DNA of 61,485 nt, filler included, from Choristocarpus tenellus KU-1152 (lineage: Eukaryota > Protista > Phaeophyceae), in NCBI GenBank assembly GCA_964200185.2. It is 8 parts of 8 records of this genome, joined end to end, with 100 filler letters (N's around TTAATTAATTAA, not from the genome) between each part and the next. Parts side by side here need not be neighbours in the genome. Positions count along the whole stretch, not along the records: positions 48,357 to 52,981 come from CAXNAD020013744.1; positions 53,082 to 58,095 come from CAXNAD020012157.1; positions 58,196 to 61,485 come from CAXNAD020021001.1; 5 more parts are not named here. The stretch is one strand, 5' to 3'. Each line of letters begins with the position of its first letter. Positions within the stretch are counted from its first letter, which is position 1. The translations under genes were made by a program, and so were the position numbers. Of this stretch, positions 48,357 through 60,399 are shown in pieces. The notes under the pieces are model-generated. The model ran no database searches and had not been told where the DNA came from. It saw nothing but the letters and a program-made list of their open reading frames with translations.

Positions 48357-48973
48357 AGGGCACCGTATGACCCCCAAGGAGATTTGTATTGGGTCTTCGC
48401 CCGTCCCTTGAGTTTGCAATGGCAGAGGCCATAAAGGGTCAAAATACTGACACAAGCATGTGATATCTTCATTGATAGATTTTACCATCCCAATATATTC
48501 TTTCGGTGGGTGCTAAATGGGCATCAGGTGGCATTGAACCCAACCCCTGATCTCCTACTGCATCTCACACGAAGAGATGGTTCCTGAGATCGTTCCTGAG
48601 ATTCTTGATGGACTTCTCGTGGTGATGCAGGCCTCTCTCCGATGTGGGCTATCTTTGACTTGGTGAGACCCTCTCTTGCTTGTGAACACAACACCTTCAT
48701 CCAGTAGTTCAAGCAATCATCATATCAGTGGGTTGAGACTCAACCCATTGGTATTATTATTGTTATTGTGGTTTGTAGGTGTTGTCGGCATAATAACAAG
48801 GGTCCCGACGATAATCTTAAGAAAGGAAGGGTTTGAAAGGCATGGCATAGGCTCATTAAGTCCTTGATTGCCCCAGCAAGATCTCCCACTGCCATCACTG
48901 AATATATGGATGCTCGTGATCCCTGCAGTCAAACGCCATCTCCACCCCTGATGAAATATCCTTCCATCCTCAG

Positions 48974-50097
48974 GAGGACGTCAAGGAAGCCAAGGGAAGC
49001 AAGGAAGTGCAAACAATGCCTTCTGACCTGGAGGACAAGCTCATCGACACTTGGGACATGGCAGACAAGGGCGACTGGGGGGTAGTGTCTGCTATTTTGA
49101 AGCCTGAGAATGTGAATAGTCAGACACCGAGTTCGAACTGGTCCCCTCTCATGATAGCCTGTGGACTGTGTCAGGTGTGTTTAACTGGGAGTGGCATGTG
49201 ATGACTCATTGGGGCTCTTGTTTGTAGTACTAGATGAGGCATTTTGGTGTGGGTCGTCATCTTGAAGGGATAAGATGGTTTCGGTGCCATTGTTGAAGTG
49301 GATTGAGAATGGGATGTTGCTTTTGTTTCTTGTTTTCAATTGGTATTGAAATGCCTGCCAGGTACTACGTATGTATTATAAGTCCCATACGCCTCTGCTT
49401 CACGTTCAAAACCAATATATGCGATTGTGTGTTCAGGTGGGATCCAGTGAGATAGATTTGAACGACCGTTTTCTCTTTTTTGTCCTCATGAGCAAAAGGT
49501 TTTTTGTTGACAAGAGAGAGGTGGATAGGGCCCACCCTACCCTGCTTGACCTCCAGACAAAATTAATCGACTAACTAGCATGTGTCTGTGCATTGAGTCA
49601 TGGAGACTTCACATCCCATTGTAGTTCATGCCTCACCATTCACTTCCCGTTGCTTAACTCCTGTGAAACTGTTCTGCATACTATCAACAATAATCCAAAA
49701 AAATATATATATTTTTTTATTTTTTTTGAAGAATATTTATGTACCGTCTCTATCTCGCGTGTGTCAACTCCTAAAACGGGATGATTTACGGGATGCGCTT
49801 GTGGTATTGTAGGTGACTGAGAAAGACGTACAGGGACTTTTGGACATCGGTGCTAATGTGGAGCTTCAGGACGAAGACGGATGGACATGTGTTCACTGGG
49901 CCGCCCAGAACGGTTGCACTGTGGCTCTGGGCGCCTTAGTCAATGCCATAGGGTGTGAGGAGGGGGGTGAGGAGGCTTTGGCGAGACTATTGGCAAAGCT
50001 GGATAACAAAGGGAAGACAGCAGCAACTGTGGCGCGGGAGGCTAGGCTGGAGGCGTCGGTCCTCAGTGCTGTTCTGGGGTTTCTAGGAGAGGGTTGA
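48974..50097 (+). CDS. Ankyrin-repeat protein, last two exons
   Basis: Exons 48974-49174 and 49813-50097 (TGA) join in phase 0: NVNSQTPSSNWSPLMIACGLCQ|VTEKDVQGLLDIGANVELQDEDGWTCVHWAAQNGC...KLDNKGKTAATVA. These match the ankyrin consensus elements GANVxxxDxxGxTxxHxAA and DxxGxTA. Confidence 0.8.
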
Positions 50098-52609
50098 AGG
50101 ATTTTTTGTTCTTTGAGAAATGCATTGATTTATTTGTTGGGGAGAGTGGATAACTTTAGGTGGCGGATCTTACCGACAACGATGTATACTTCGGACGTTT
50201 GAGATTTAACCGTTTTATTAAGATGGTTTTTGTAGTATGGTGGGCATTGTCGTTGGTTTTGGGAGGATTTGCAACTGTTGTTGTTGTAGATGAGATGATG
50301 GTGGTGTTAGATGGGGGGTTAAGGTTCCTCCGCCGTGATTGTTCACACTAGTTGAGTGATTGTTTCGGTTCACGGTGAAAGGGGCCTACTGGGTGATATT
50401 ATGCCCTTGAAAAGGCCACACTATCTTATCTGGAAGGTGTAGACTTGACTTGACACCTCTCAGGTTCGACAACTGGCTCTATCATTTCAGTGAAAAAAAA
50501 AAAAGTTATTTAGTCGAAAGGGGAAAAATTATTTGGAGTTTTTTATACTGAGAACTTCGGGTGTGGCACATTTGTTCTTCTGTTGGTGTGTGTGATTTTT
50601 TTGTGAGAGTTTAATGTGACTACAGTACTGTGTGTAACCTTGAGGCTAGGGTTAGGGCTGCGCTGCCGCACCTCGGCAATAAAAAAAATAGTGCTGTTAC
50701 AAGGTCACAAGAAATGATGTGAGGATCATGTTCCACTCAAATGCAGTTTGCAAATGGTGCCTAGCCTTAGAGTATTTGCAGGCAAGAGGCAGGGAGAGGG
50801 CGTCCAAATATTGGTTGGCATTTTGCATTGATGGGTTGTCACGGATGCCCTTACCCTGCTGCGTTTTGGCCAAGCATGGCCCTTGTTGTCTCACTGTGGT
50901 ATCATGAAACTCAAGCCAAGACTTCAAAGTTTGTATGTAATATATTGAAAGAGAAAGGTTCAGAGTATGAGTTCATTGCTGGATTTATTAGTTAACTATT
51001 AACTTCCAATATGTACAAAAATATATATATCTAAAATATATTAACATCAAAATACTTAATATTCATGATCTGTGTAACTTGATTGTTGAGTAAAAAATTA
51101 GTGTTATGTGGTATATAAATCTATGATTTTATCATAACCAAGTAAAACTCAATTAACAAAAGTGTGTTTTTAGCTTTTCATGTTTATTTGAAGACATTTT
51201 TAATAAAAGGTAATGCTTGAATAGAACAGTTAAAATTGATACAACAAATGTTTTCATTGCTTACATTGATTGGAGATCGCATATATGGCTCTTTATGAAT
51301 CAAATATTATCATTCGTCTATAGTGTTTGTATATATCATATCAAATGAAGCTTGGGGGGGGGGTGGGATTTCTTATGTTGGGGTATAATATTGATTCTCA
51401 TTTCTACTGTCCTACCAATCCACTGCTAGACCTGTTTCACACCAATGATCCCTCTTATTGGAGGTGACTAGTTTTGGTTTCTCACCAATGCCTATTTTAG
51501 TGGTGTTTTGAATTAATTCAACTTTATTTTTATTGTATCAGCGAGCAATTAAATATCAGAATCAAACCTCATGAATGATGTATGTATTAAAAAATAATAA
51601 TACTTCAGACTTTCTCCTCAGTGTAAAATTTTTCACCCACTGCACTCACCCTCCGATTCAATTACCCAAAAATAAATATTCGACAGGAAGATAATTTTAT
51701 TGTTTATCAAATGTCTAAGGCCGTGACAAAAAGCCCCTATACCTTATCAAGTTGTAGAATCCTTCAAAGTACACATTTGTGTGTGTGGTGGGACTGGTAA
51801 GTCAACGAAATATTTATGTCATTTCCACTTTTTATTGTGAAACACCTGTATCACTATCATCATCAGAAGAATTGAGTGTTTGGTTTGATACCTGGCAATT
51901 TTTGGCACTGTAGTTGCCATCGCCTACACCTTACCAAAAGGAAGCTTTGATCATTTTGGTGTGTGGAACAGTTGTAATCCTGTACAAAGTGTGAAGATCA
52001 ATGATTTTACCATGGCAATCTTTTGGGAGCCGAGAGTTTGTATTCTGCTAGCCCAGGCCAACCTTAAACACAAACATGTAAGGGACTTTCAATGATCCAG
52101 TCGAGGTGACAACAGGTTCTACCATGCTATTAACTATATATTATACTACTTTGGGGGGAGGCAAAATCATATTTATGATAAGATTTGTAGGGTAATTGGT
52201 ACAATATTGTATGTTGAAAAATCCTTACTACTTTCACATTAGTGGTACCAGTAGCTTCACTCTCTGGGGTTGTCCTATTACAACTTTTGATGTAGACATC
52301 GCATCAAAAAAAATAAAAGCATATTCGTGATGCCCGTCACAAGGCCCTCCAGAGTGCGGGCTTCGTTTTTTTTTTTTCACCATTTTTTTCGAAGAAAGAA
52401 GACTCATATTGGGGTTCGAACCATGGATTGTAGGTCAGCAAGAAGAGTGAACAGATGCACCGAAAAATATATTACTTGTTTAAAGTATAGTGGTTTAGAC
52501 GGGAGAAAACCCCAAGTGTAAATGTAATTCTTGTCTCCATCTCCCAGGAGGAATTCCGAATGTGCTGGGTGCCTATAAGACTTGTACCTCTTGTACTACT
52601 TCTCGGCTT

Positions 52610-52860
52610 CCGATCCAGTGGCAGCCGTCTTGAAGTAGAAAAGATGGTGCGTGTACGCCTTCTTGCAGTACTTCTCCACGAGCCAAATAGCCTGCATATC
52701 CTCAGCTGGTTTCAAGCTCAAAGGAACGTTTGTTCAGAGTCCGTCAAAGAATAGGTACAATGCTGTCGTAGCCAGTGCTTTGCTCGACCCAACACTAGCT
52801 CAAAGAGGTTGAGCTCACAGTGATACTTTGGGAGCATTAGGCATACCCCTCTGTACCGCT
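52610..52860 (-). mobile_element. IS630/Tc1-related DDE transposase C-terminal relic
   Basis: A minus frame reads LPKYHCELNLFELVLGRAKHWLRQHCTYS (LPKYHCELN at 52834-52808), matching the LPKFHCELNPIExxWGxAKxxxRxxCxY motif. Frameshifted downstream. Confidence 0.72.
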
Positions 52861-52981
52861 TGACAAGAAGCTGAAGACTAGGAACTACCTCCTTGGGGGT
52901 TCAAAATCACTCTCTATTGAACAGTGGATTTTATAAATTGAGCATGGAGCGTACTATTGAGGATGGTTTTGACCGAAAATG

Positions 52982-53081
52982 NNNNNNNNNNNNNNNNNNN
53001 NNNNNNNNNNNNNNNNNNNNNNNNNTTAATTAATTAANNNNNNNNNNNNNNNNNNNNNNNNNNNNNNNNNNNNNNNNNNNN
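52982..53081. other. Artificial contig linker
   Basis: Same 100-nt spacer. Confidence 0.97.
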
Positions 53082-53234
53082 GGGTCTGCACCAGGGTGTC
53101 CATTTGGGGCATGACCAGGAAAAGTGTATTTACATTATCCATCCGACGTATGCAACCAAATCACACAAAAATCGCGACGTGGAAAAATTGGCCCCAAATA
53201 GACAGTCGCCACTACCCCCCAGATACTTTGAGCC
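53082..53234 (-). mobile_element. MITE family B copy (one end lost in the gap)
   Basis: ccagggtgtccatttgggg ... cccccagatactttgagcc. Confidence 0.8.
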
Positions 53235-56200
53235 TCGAATATTGTGGAGTTTTTTTTTCCTTGTGTGAAAAAGTAAGCATTGGCACCCCCGTGAGTGCTC
53301 TTATTTACAACAAGATCAACAGGGCAGGAATGACTGCTCCATCATATATATTGGGAGTCAAAGATCTATTGTGCGATTACCATATTTTGACATTGTAATT
53401 CTTTGAGTGACATTTGCGCTCCACGATCGCATTTGCTTCTTCTTCTTCATTGTAGTTATCATTCCATGTGCCAAAGCATCCAGTACCTCTAATCAAGTGT
53501 TATATGATGTACAGGACTGCATTACCTAGAGAAGCAAGTACGAATCACCATTATGAAATAATTTTATAGAAGTAGAACAGAGTATTTCAGACAAATTTTG
53601 GGTACATCTGCCTCCAGAGTTGGACCCTCTACACAGCATTCACCACATCCGACTACATCAGACAAAATTATATTAGTGAGGGAGCACAGTTCCAGCTGGA
53701 CACTTGTACAGTCACACGACGAGAACCCCACCCAGTTTATTCGACCCTCTTGGTCCTGTGGAGTCCCGTAGCTCAGGTCGCCAACTCCGGCGGTGCACAA
53801 TGGTCACTTGCTGTCCAAAGACCGATAGAGTGATGTCTTTCTGGAGTTTGACTTCCCCAACCCTTGAAATTCTAAAGGGCCTCAGAGAGCAGACAGTGTC
53901 GCCCATGATAACCTTGATTGCAAAAAAGGAAGTGAGATATCCATCACCAGCCACGTACAGCAAAAGGATGAAGGACGAAAAAGGGAGTAGGCGAATTAGA
54001 AAGCTTGTATGTACAAGTCCCTACAGCAATCGGTACAGGTTTTGTACTTTATCTAGATCGGAACACCTATTTGGCGGTGTATAGCATCTGAAGATCTGTA
54101 GAGCTGTAGGGTCCAAGTAATTGCTGAACACTTGCTCTACTTTCTATTGTATTGAGGTACCTCAAGTGGGACTACCATGCTTGGGAACCACCTACAACTC
54201 GAGGCATCGGAAACACGCACGTTGTACCTGACCCCCAGTCATGCTGATAAAGACCATGCAGGCCTTGTCTATTTTCTCCAGAAAGGCTTCTATGGCAAGG
54301 ACCTGTTGAAATGCTGTAATAGGTACGCCTCCCTTCTTCCTCCTAAAAGAAAGTTAGAACTAAGGTGGTCAACAGGAGTATACAGTTATAGTCACTTGTT
54401 GAACAATTATGATGTTGGGTCACCACAGGTGCGTCTTCACACAGGAGTTCATGCAAAGAAGAGTCATCCTGCTGCCGTCCACTTCCAGCATTGGAGGAGT
54501 AGGTGCTACCAAAGACAACTCCGTGCTCTGGCATCAATTTATTATAACACAGCATTCACTAGAGCTCTAGGATGACCAAATACAGACAAGCAAATGCATC
54601 CTCACGTGATAAGGTGACGAACGGTTTCCTTGACTGTCTCCAACACCGCCAACAACTCGACCGTCAGGGCATCAGCATTTGCCTCCCCAGACCTCGCCTT
54701 GAGGTCAAGCTTGGCTGTAATCCTGGCGGCGGATAAACTGGCTACGCGGATTTCTTCTGATGCGGTCTCGGCGCCGTTCCTAACAGATACCATGTTGTGA
54801 AGAACCGTCAGAAGCCACACGTTGATGGCTCTCTTTGCATCTGGTTGAGATCGTCGGTTGGGCTTCGACTCTTCCCCTTTGGAGGCATCACTTGAAGTCT
54901 CGGCACGATCAACTGGAGTGGGATTAACGGCCTGTGCGTTGTTTGTGATTCGGCATAATAGGAACGATATCTGTAGTTGCAAGTGTTGTGGTGGTTGGGG
55001 CGAATGAAGGACGGAAGGGCAATTGAGGGGTAAGGAGAGGTCGGGTGATGTCGTGATCTACAACCACCCACGTCACACTGTCGACATCAAACAGTTCTGC
55101 GGCAATGTTCTATCGATAGAAAGCGTTACCTTCACACCTCCTGCTATTGTCCCGAGTAGTGCGACGAAAAATATGACCTGGGAGATTAGACCGGTCAGGA
55201 TGAACGTCCACACGATTACCCGTTGGGTCATGATTTCCATGACTTCTTTGCTGCCAGGGCTCAGATATTGGAGCAAAGATGAATGATGTGAAGAATGGTT
55301 ATCTCCATCTATTGGGCGAAACGCTCAAGGTGAAAAAAAACACTGAAGTAGTAGGTGGTTCGTAGTTCCTACTACTATGAATTTTTTATTAATACTAGAG
55401 TAATTGGTGATGAATATGGATATATTGAAAGCACCATTTTCTTTTTCTAAGTTCTTGAACTACAATATCAAAATGTTACTTCTGCGTAAGTCCGATCAGT
55501 TGGCATCCACTCATCCACCAACAATGGTGTTGTAGGAGGTGCTGCAGACGAGGCGCTAAAACACACCCACTACGAGAGATATTTTGACCCTCCTCATAGA
55601 ATTATATCTCAACACCTTCGCATGCAGTGGAAAGTTTTGGTTGGCTTGGAAAGCAAGCAATATTTCTTTCTTGGATGAGTTACCCACCCATGTAGTAGGA
55701 GGGAGAGGAGCACGGTAGGAAAAGGAGATGTCAAGTCCCGTTCGAGACAGATGGTGTCCGTCACTACACAAGTGACTCTTTCGAGATATGCATCATGCGT
55801 TTCAAACTTGGGAAACCAGGTAGGTAGGCAAGAAGGGGCTTGTCAGACAATTGGGATACTGAAGCAAGCTTCTCACCCACCTTCGTAGACGTAAGGTATG
55901 TTACAACCATAGCAATCTAAATATTACATTGCAGTTACCAATCATATAGTAGTTGTAAGTCTTCTTTCCAAGTTGACGTATTGTGTCAGGTACCAAACCA
56001 GCAGGAAACTATGAATGATTTTTAAGGTCATTGATGCTGATAAGACGGTAGTCACCGCAATTGACTCGACCAATCAGGGGAAATGATTCTTACCCCCCCT
56101 CCCAAAACGAGTCGATATCTCTTGGATCTGTTGTAAATAGTCTTCACCCTCCCCTTCAGGACACTTGGTTGCAAAAGCATGTTGAAGTAATGTTACACAC

Positions 56201-58095
56201 TGCCAACATTACATCCAAGGAATTCGGAATTTCCGTCCACAAGTATGACTGCAGCTGTGAATCAGTTACAATGTGCTAAACAGATAAAAAACAAAACGGA
56301 ACATGCCCGTCCACGAAAAGCACTGCTGTACTTGCTATAAACCTGTGCAACCATTAGCTCTACGATACAAAAATCTACTTCAGAGGTGGGGTGGTGCACT
56401 TACCTATACTTGTACAATAAGTACCCTGCCCTGGCTGGGCTTGAGGTAGTGTACTTTCTTGTTCAATAGTAGATAGTGCAAGTCACTGTGTTGCATTGAG
56501 CTCAGAAGAGTTAAGACTTTAAACTCATCCATAACCCCCCCCCTTGAAACCTTTACATTAACAAAAGCACTTGACTGCCACAGTAACCGAGGCAGGAGGA
56601 GTTTATATAATTCACATATATTCAAACTCAACAAAGTAGCATGCAAATTACACTGCAGCCAAAGCAAGCATACCCAAGCAACCATTAAAAAATGAGTGAA
56701 ATAAAGTGGGATATTTATTCACGTTCCACCCCGTGTCCGATAACTGATTAATGTGTAGGCCACTGTATATCTCACGCACATCACCGACAAATTCATTATC
56801 TGCTGGAATACTTTTGGCTCATGTGACAAAATCGTAATAAAAGTAGAGGGTTAAAAGTTCAGTCCACCCCACGAAACAGCTCAATACCACCCTAAGCACA
56901 CCCCTCGACAACGAACCTAGGGGTTGGTTGGAGCAAGGCAGGCAGGGATAGAGAGTGAGAGACACCCAGAGGACACAGGTTGGAAAACAAGGGAACAGAC
57001 CACACACTTGACACATACATACATGGAAACACCCAGAGTGTGCATTGATGCCTTACTGGTCTATGCTGTTGCTAGAGAGAGAGTGGGGGGAGGGAAAGGC
57101 GTGGATCCAGAACATATCAATAAGAAATAAACACAATCCCTCGTGGTAACAAGGGGACAGCAGTGTCTGAGGCGCTTGCTCCACTCTCTTCTACCTACCC
57201 CCTACAGTGAGCTGGCCACCCCATTCCATCTGGTGACATACTACTTCCATCGAAGGTTGTTGAAACCGTTTGTACCTCGCCTGCTCCAAGCGAACATCTA
57301 GCATCAATCAAAACACATTCAGCTACTCTCTGTACTATATCAATAGCTCCACACATCAAGAAAAGGATGAATCAAAAGACTGCCAAAACACAGTCAAGGT
57401 CCCCACAAGTCAACGCAATCAAGAAGGAAAAGGGTATATCTTTCTCTGTCACGAGGACACTTTTGAGATCTGCGCAGTGGCATCACTGTCTAACATACGG
57501 AGTTGGTGGCCAAGTCAAGCCTAGTGAACTTAGAAGCAACATGAAGAGGAGCTTCCTCTAGACAACTCGTACAAACAAACACCCACTGAATCCTCATGCT
57601 CACAGTCTGAAAAACAGCCAGATCACCATGCAACTTACAGCCAACTAAAGAACATGGCCCCAACTTATTAAACTTTCTTGAGCAAAGTCCATTCCCCCTG
57701 ACCAAGTCAGAAAGAAGAAAAAAGTAGAAAAGCAGCGACAAAGGATAACTACCCCCTCCCCACTAACTGGACACACATACTATCTCACTACAGCAACTGG
57801 TAGTAAGGAAAATGTCCAAGGAGACATGATCACCGCATCATGCATTTAATAGCATCACGTCTTCCTGGCCACCTAAATCTCTCTCAAATCCCCCTCCTCC
57901 CCCCAACTTTCCTCCCATTCAACCCTCAAGTCCATTACTTTCAACAGCACGACACAAAGAGCCATACAAGATGATATCGCACAGTAGCAACACACACAAC
58001 AGCCGCCTCAAGAGTCAGCACTGTTCGCTTCTTCCCCCCCCCCCCCCCCCCCCCCCGCCCAACACCCGACCCCCCCCAAACCACCCGCCCACCCA

Positions 58096-58195
58096 NNNNN
58101 NNNNNNNNNNNNNNNNNNNNNNNNNNNNNNNNNNNNNNNTTAATTAATTAANNNNNNNNNNNNNNNNNNNNNNNNNNNNNNNNNNNNNNNNNNNN
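58096..58195. other. Artificial contig linker
   Basis: Same 100-nt spacer. Confidence 0.97.
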
Positions 58196-58234
58196 CAGTT
58201 CTTAGCATAATGGTTGAGAGGCTAAGGACCTAAG

Positions 58235-58262
58235 GGGTCAAAGTATCTGGGGGGGGGAGGGT
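58235..58262. mobile_element. Isolated MITE family B terminus
   Basis: gggtcaaagtatctgggggggg. Confidence 0.5.
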
Positions 58263-58859
58263 CAACTCAAATTACTATGATGCCAACATCAAGCTTTGTT
58301 GCCGCTCAAGTCGTTGGAAACACATGCCCCAATCAAGTACATATTTGACACAAAGCGGTTGCCCTAATCTGTCCCATGGAATGCTGCAGGTGCTGTCAGC
58401 ACTCCAAAAAACTCTCTTTTTGCTACCATTCGACAAGGTTGCTACAGAGCCGCAGCGCCCACTCTGGGCATCAGCCCCAGTAAGGTAGGCTTCTTTTTTT
58501 TTTCAGTTGAGGTTGATTGATACTTTCAGTAGTGACTTTTTTAAAGGTGTAATATTTCGAAGGGTGAATTGAAAAGGCACTGGTATATATATATATATAT
58601 ATATATATTTTAGTAGGTGGACCCGATTGATCACCTGCTTGTGATCTGAGTGGTCAGTGCGGAGTTGTGATGATGTCACCAATTTTTGATGCGGTTTGAC
58701 GCGTGACGTGAGCCGAAGATCCCTGGAAGATCGTAGGAAGTATGTTCCCCTTCCGAGTGGGGGAACTCTTTCTATCGAGGTTGCATCGTGAGAGAGACCC
58801 TGTTGAGAAATTTCTGTTCCGTTCCTTCTCTTTTCTTTTTTTTTCATTTTTTTTTTTTG

Positions 58860-59950
58860 AGCGATTAGAAAACCCAAAGAACCTCTCCACAAGGAGGCTT
58901 TTTCAGCCTATGTTTACTTACTGGTCCGTTCCCGGTCTTCGCAAGACCATGGTGGCCTCGTGGTACGCCGAACCCGTCTATCTTAGTCTATGCTGATGAA
59001 CCGGTACGTTGTACCTTTGTGGAGCTCTTCTCGTGGGTTCAGATAGTGCATTGGTGTTTGCTGTTTTTGAGGAGTACCCCCGGTGGTCTTTTGCAGCATC
59101 TACAGCTACAGAGTTCTCTCGTGCATGGCGTTGTTTGTCTGTACACACTGCAAAGAGAGAGGAGTCTGTAAGACTGACTGACTGACTAGGAGTGGGTGAT
59201 GATGTTCTCTGGGGTGAAGAGTTGAACACATGAACAAGTGTTGCTCTGCACGAGAGCTTAAAACAGCTGGACGCTCGCCTCTAAATCGTAGGGACTTTCT
59301 TGATGGTTCGTACTTGGTACCGCCGTTGGGTACTTCAAGTTCATGGGAAAGAGGACCATGGTACCAGTCTTGGTACTTCGAACGTCCGGGTTTTGGAGGG
59401 GTTTTCTGCGCTTCTCCATGGGCGTTGGAGGTGGTCCCCCCTTGACCAGGCGTGTTTTACTGTAAACTGTTCGCATGAGCAAGGGATGATAGGTTGGGTT
59501 GAGAGACGTAAGCCGACGTTAGTTTTAATCCTCAAGATCGATATGTCGAACAAACGCATCTTGAACGTTACGGTACTGTTACGGTACTGTTAGGGTACTG
59601 TTTTTGTGTTCTTTCTTGTCTCTTGGACCAAGATCGTGCTACCTAGGAAATGTGTCTAGTTTGACTTCGTAAGAAATTTTATCGCGTTCGTAACATGTCT
59701 CTATGTAGAGTTCAAAATGGATTTCCTAAGTGCGCATGGGCATCTACTTCTGTTAAGTAGGACTGAAGCCTCTTGCCGGCCTCTTCTTGTTGCCCCGATG
59801 ACCCCAAGCCCAGACCGTTCCTCTCGGCCTCCATGTTTGCGCCGTTGTCTTTCCCAAGAGCGACAGCCTTCCTGGTTTTTACAAAACTCGTGACTGTTGT
59901 TCTACCACGGTGCTTTTTCATACTGCAGGGTGGTTTTCCTTGTTGCGTTG
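58860..59950 (-). mobile_element. Possible PIF/Harbinger-like transposase relic
   Basis: The minus strand has LLVERFFG near 58875-58900, resembling the Harbinger RxxVExxFG motif, within coding-like but stop-riddled sequence. The support is a single motif. Confidence 0.3.
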
Positions 59951-60126
59951 GCCTTGAGGAAGTTCCAGCAGCCGCTCCTCCCTCTTTGGTGCCTGGCGAT
60001 GCATGATCTCATGACAAGGTGAACACGCTGCAGTGTACAACTACGACATTGAAGCCTCTTCTACCGGAGTCTTTTTTTTTTATGCTTTGTTGTTGTGGTG
60101 TGGTCATCATCTGGGGCGAATCTGAT

Positions 60127-60161
<35 letters not shown>

Positions 60162-60378
60162 GTCAAAATTGTCATTTTTTGTTGTAACACTGCAATAAGT
60201 TAGATTTCAAGTGTATTTCTTGTCGAGGAATTTCTATTATATATGCGTGTGTGTGTGTTTATGAGTTTTTTTTGGTGATGATTCAGGTTTGTGAAAGGTA
60301 AGCGCACCGACTATCATCTCGCATACGCATTCCAAGTCTCCTGCAACATGATTGAGTACTGAGAAAGTATCGTTATTG

Positions 60379-60399
60379 CTAACCCTAACCCTAACCCTA
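60379..60399. repeat. Short interstitial telomere-type (CCCTAA)n repeat
   Basis: ctaaccctaaccctaacccta; similar short runs occur at about 2482-2499 and 14995-15006. Confidence 0.6.

Noticed and set aside
51779-51840. CVCGGTGKSTKYLC resembling a Walker A motif (PIF1/Helitron) or a piggyBac Cys-rich domain
   Set aside because: It lies in a very short frame overlapping a (TG)n run, and I found no further motifs.
58196-58234. tRNA A-box-like sequence (tagcataatgg); a similar one near 34800
   Set aside because: No B-box or cloverleaf can be built.
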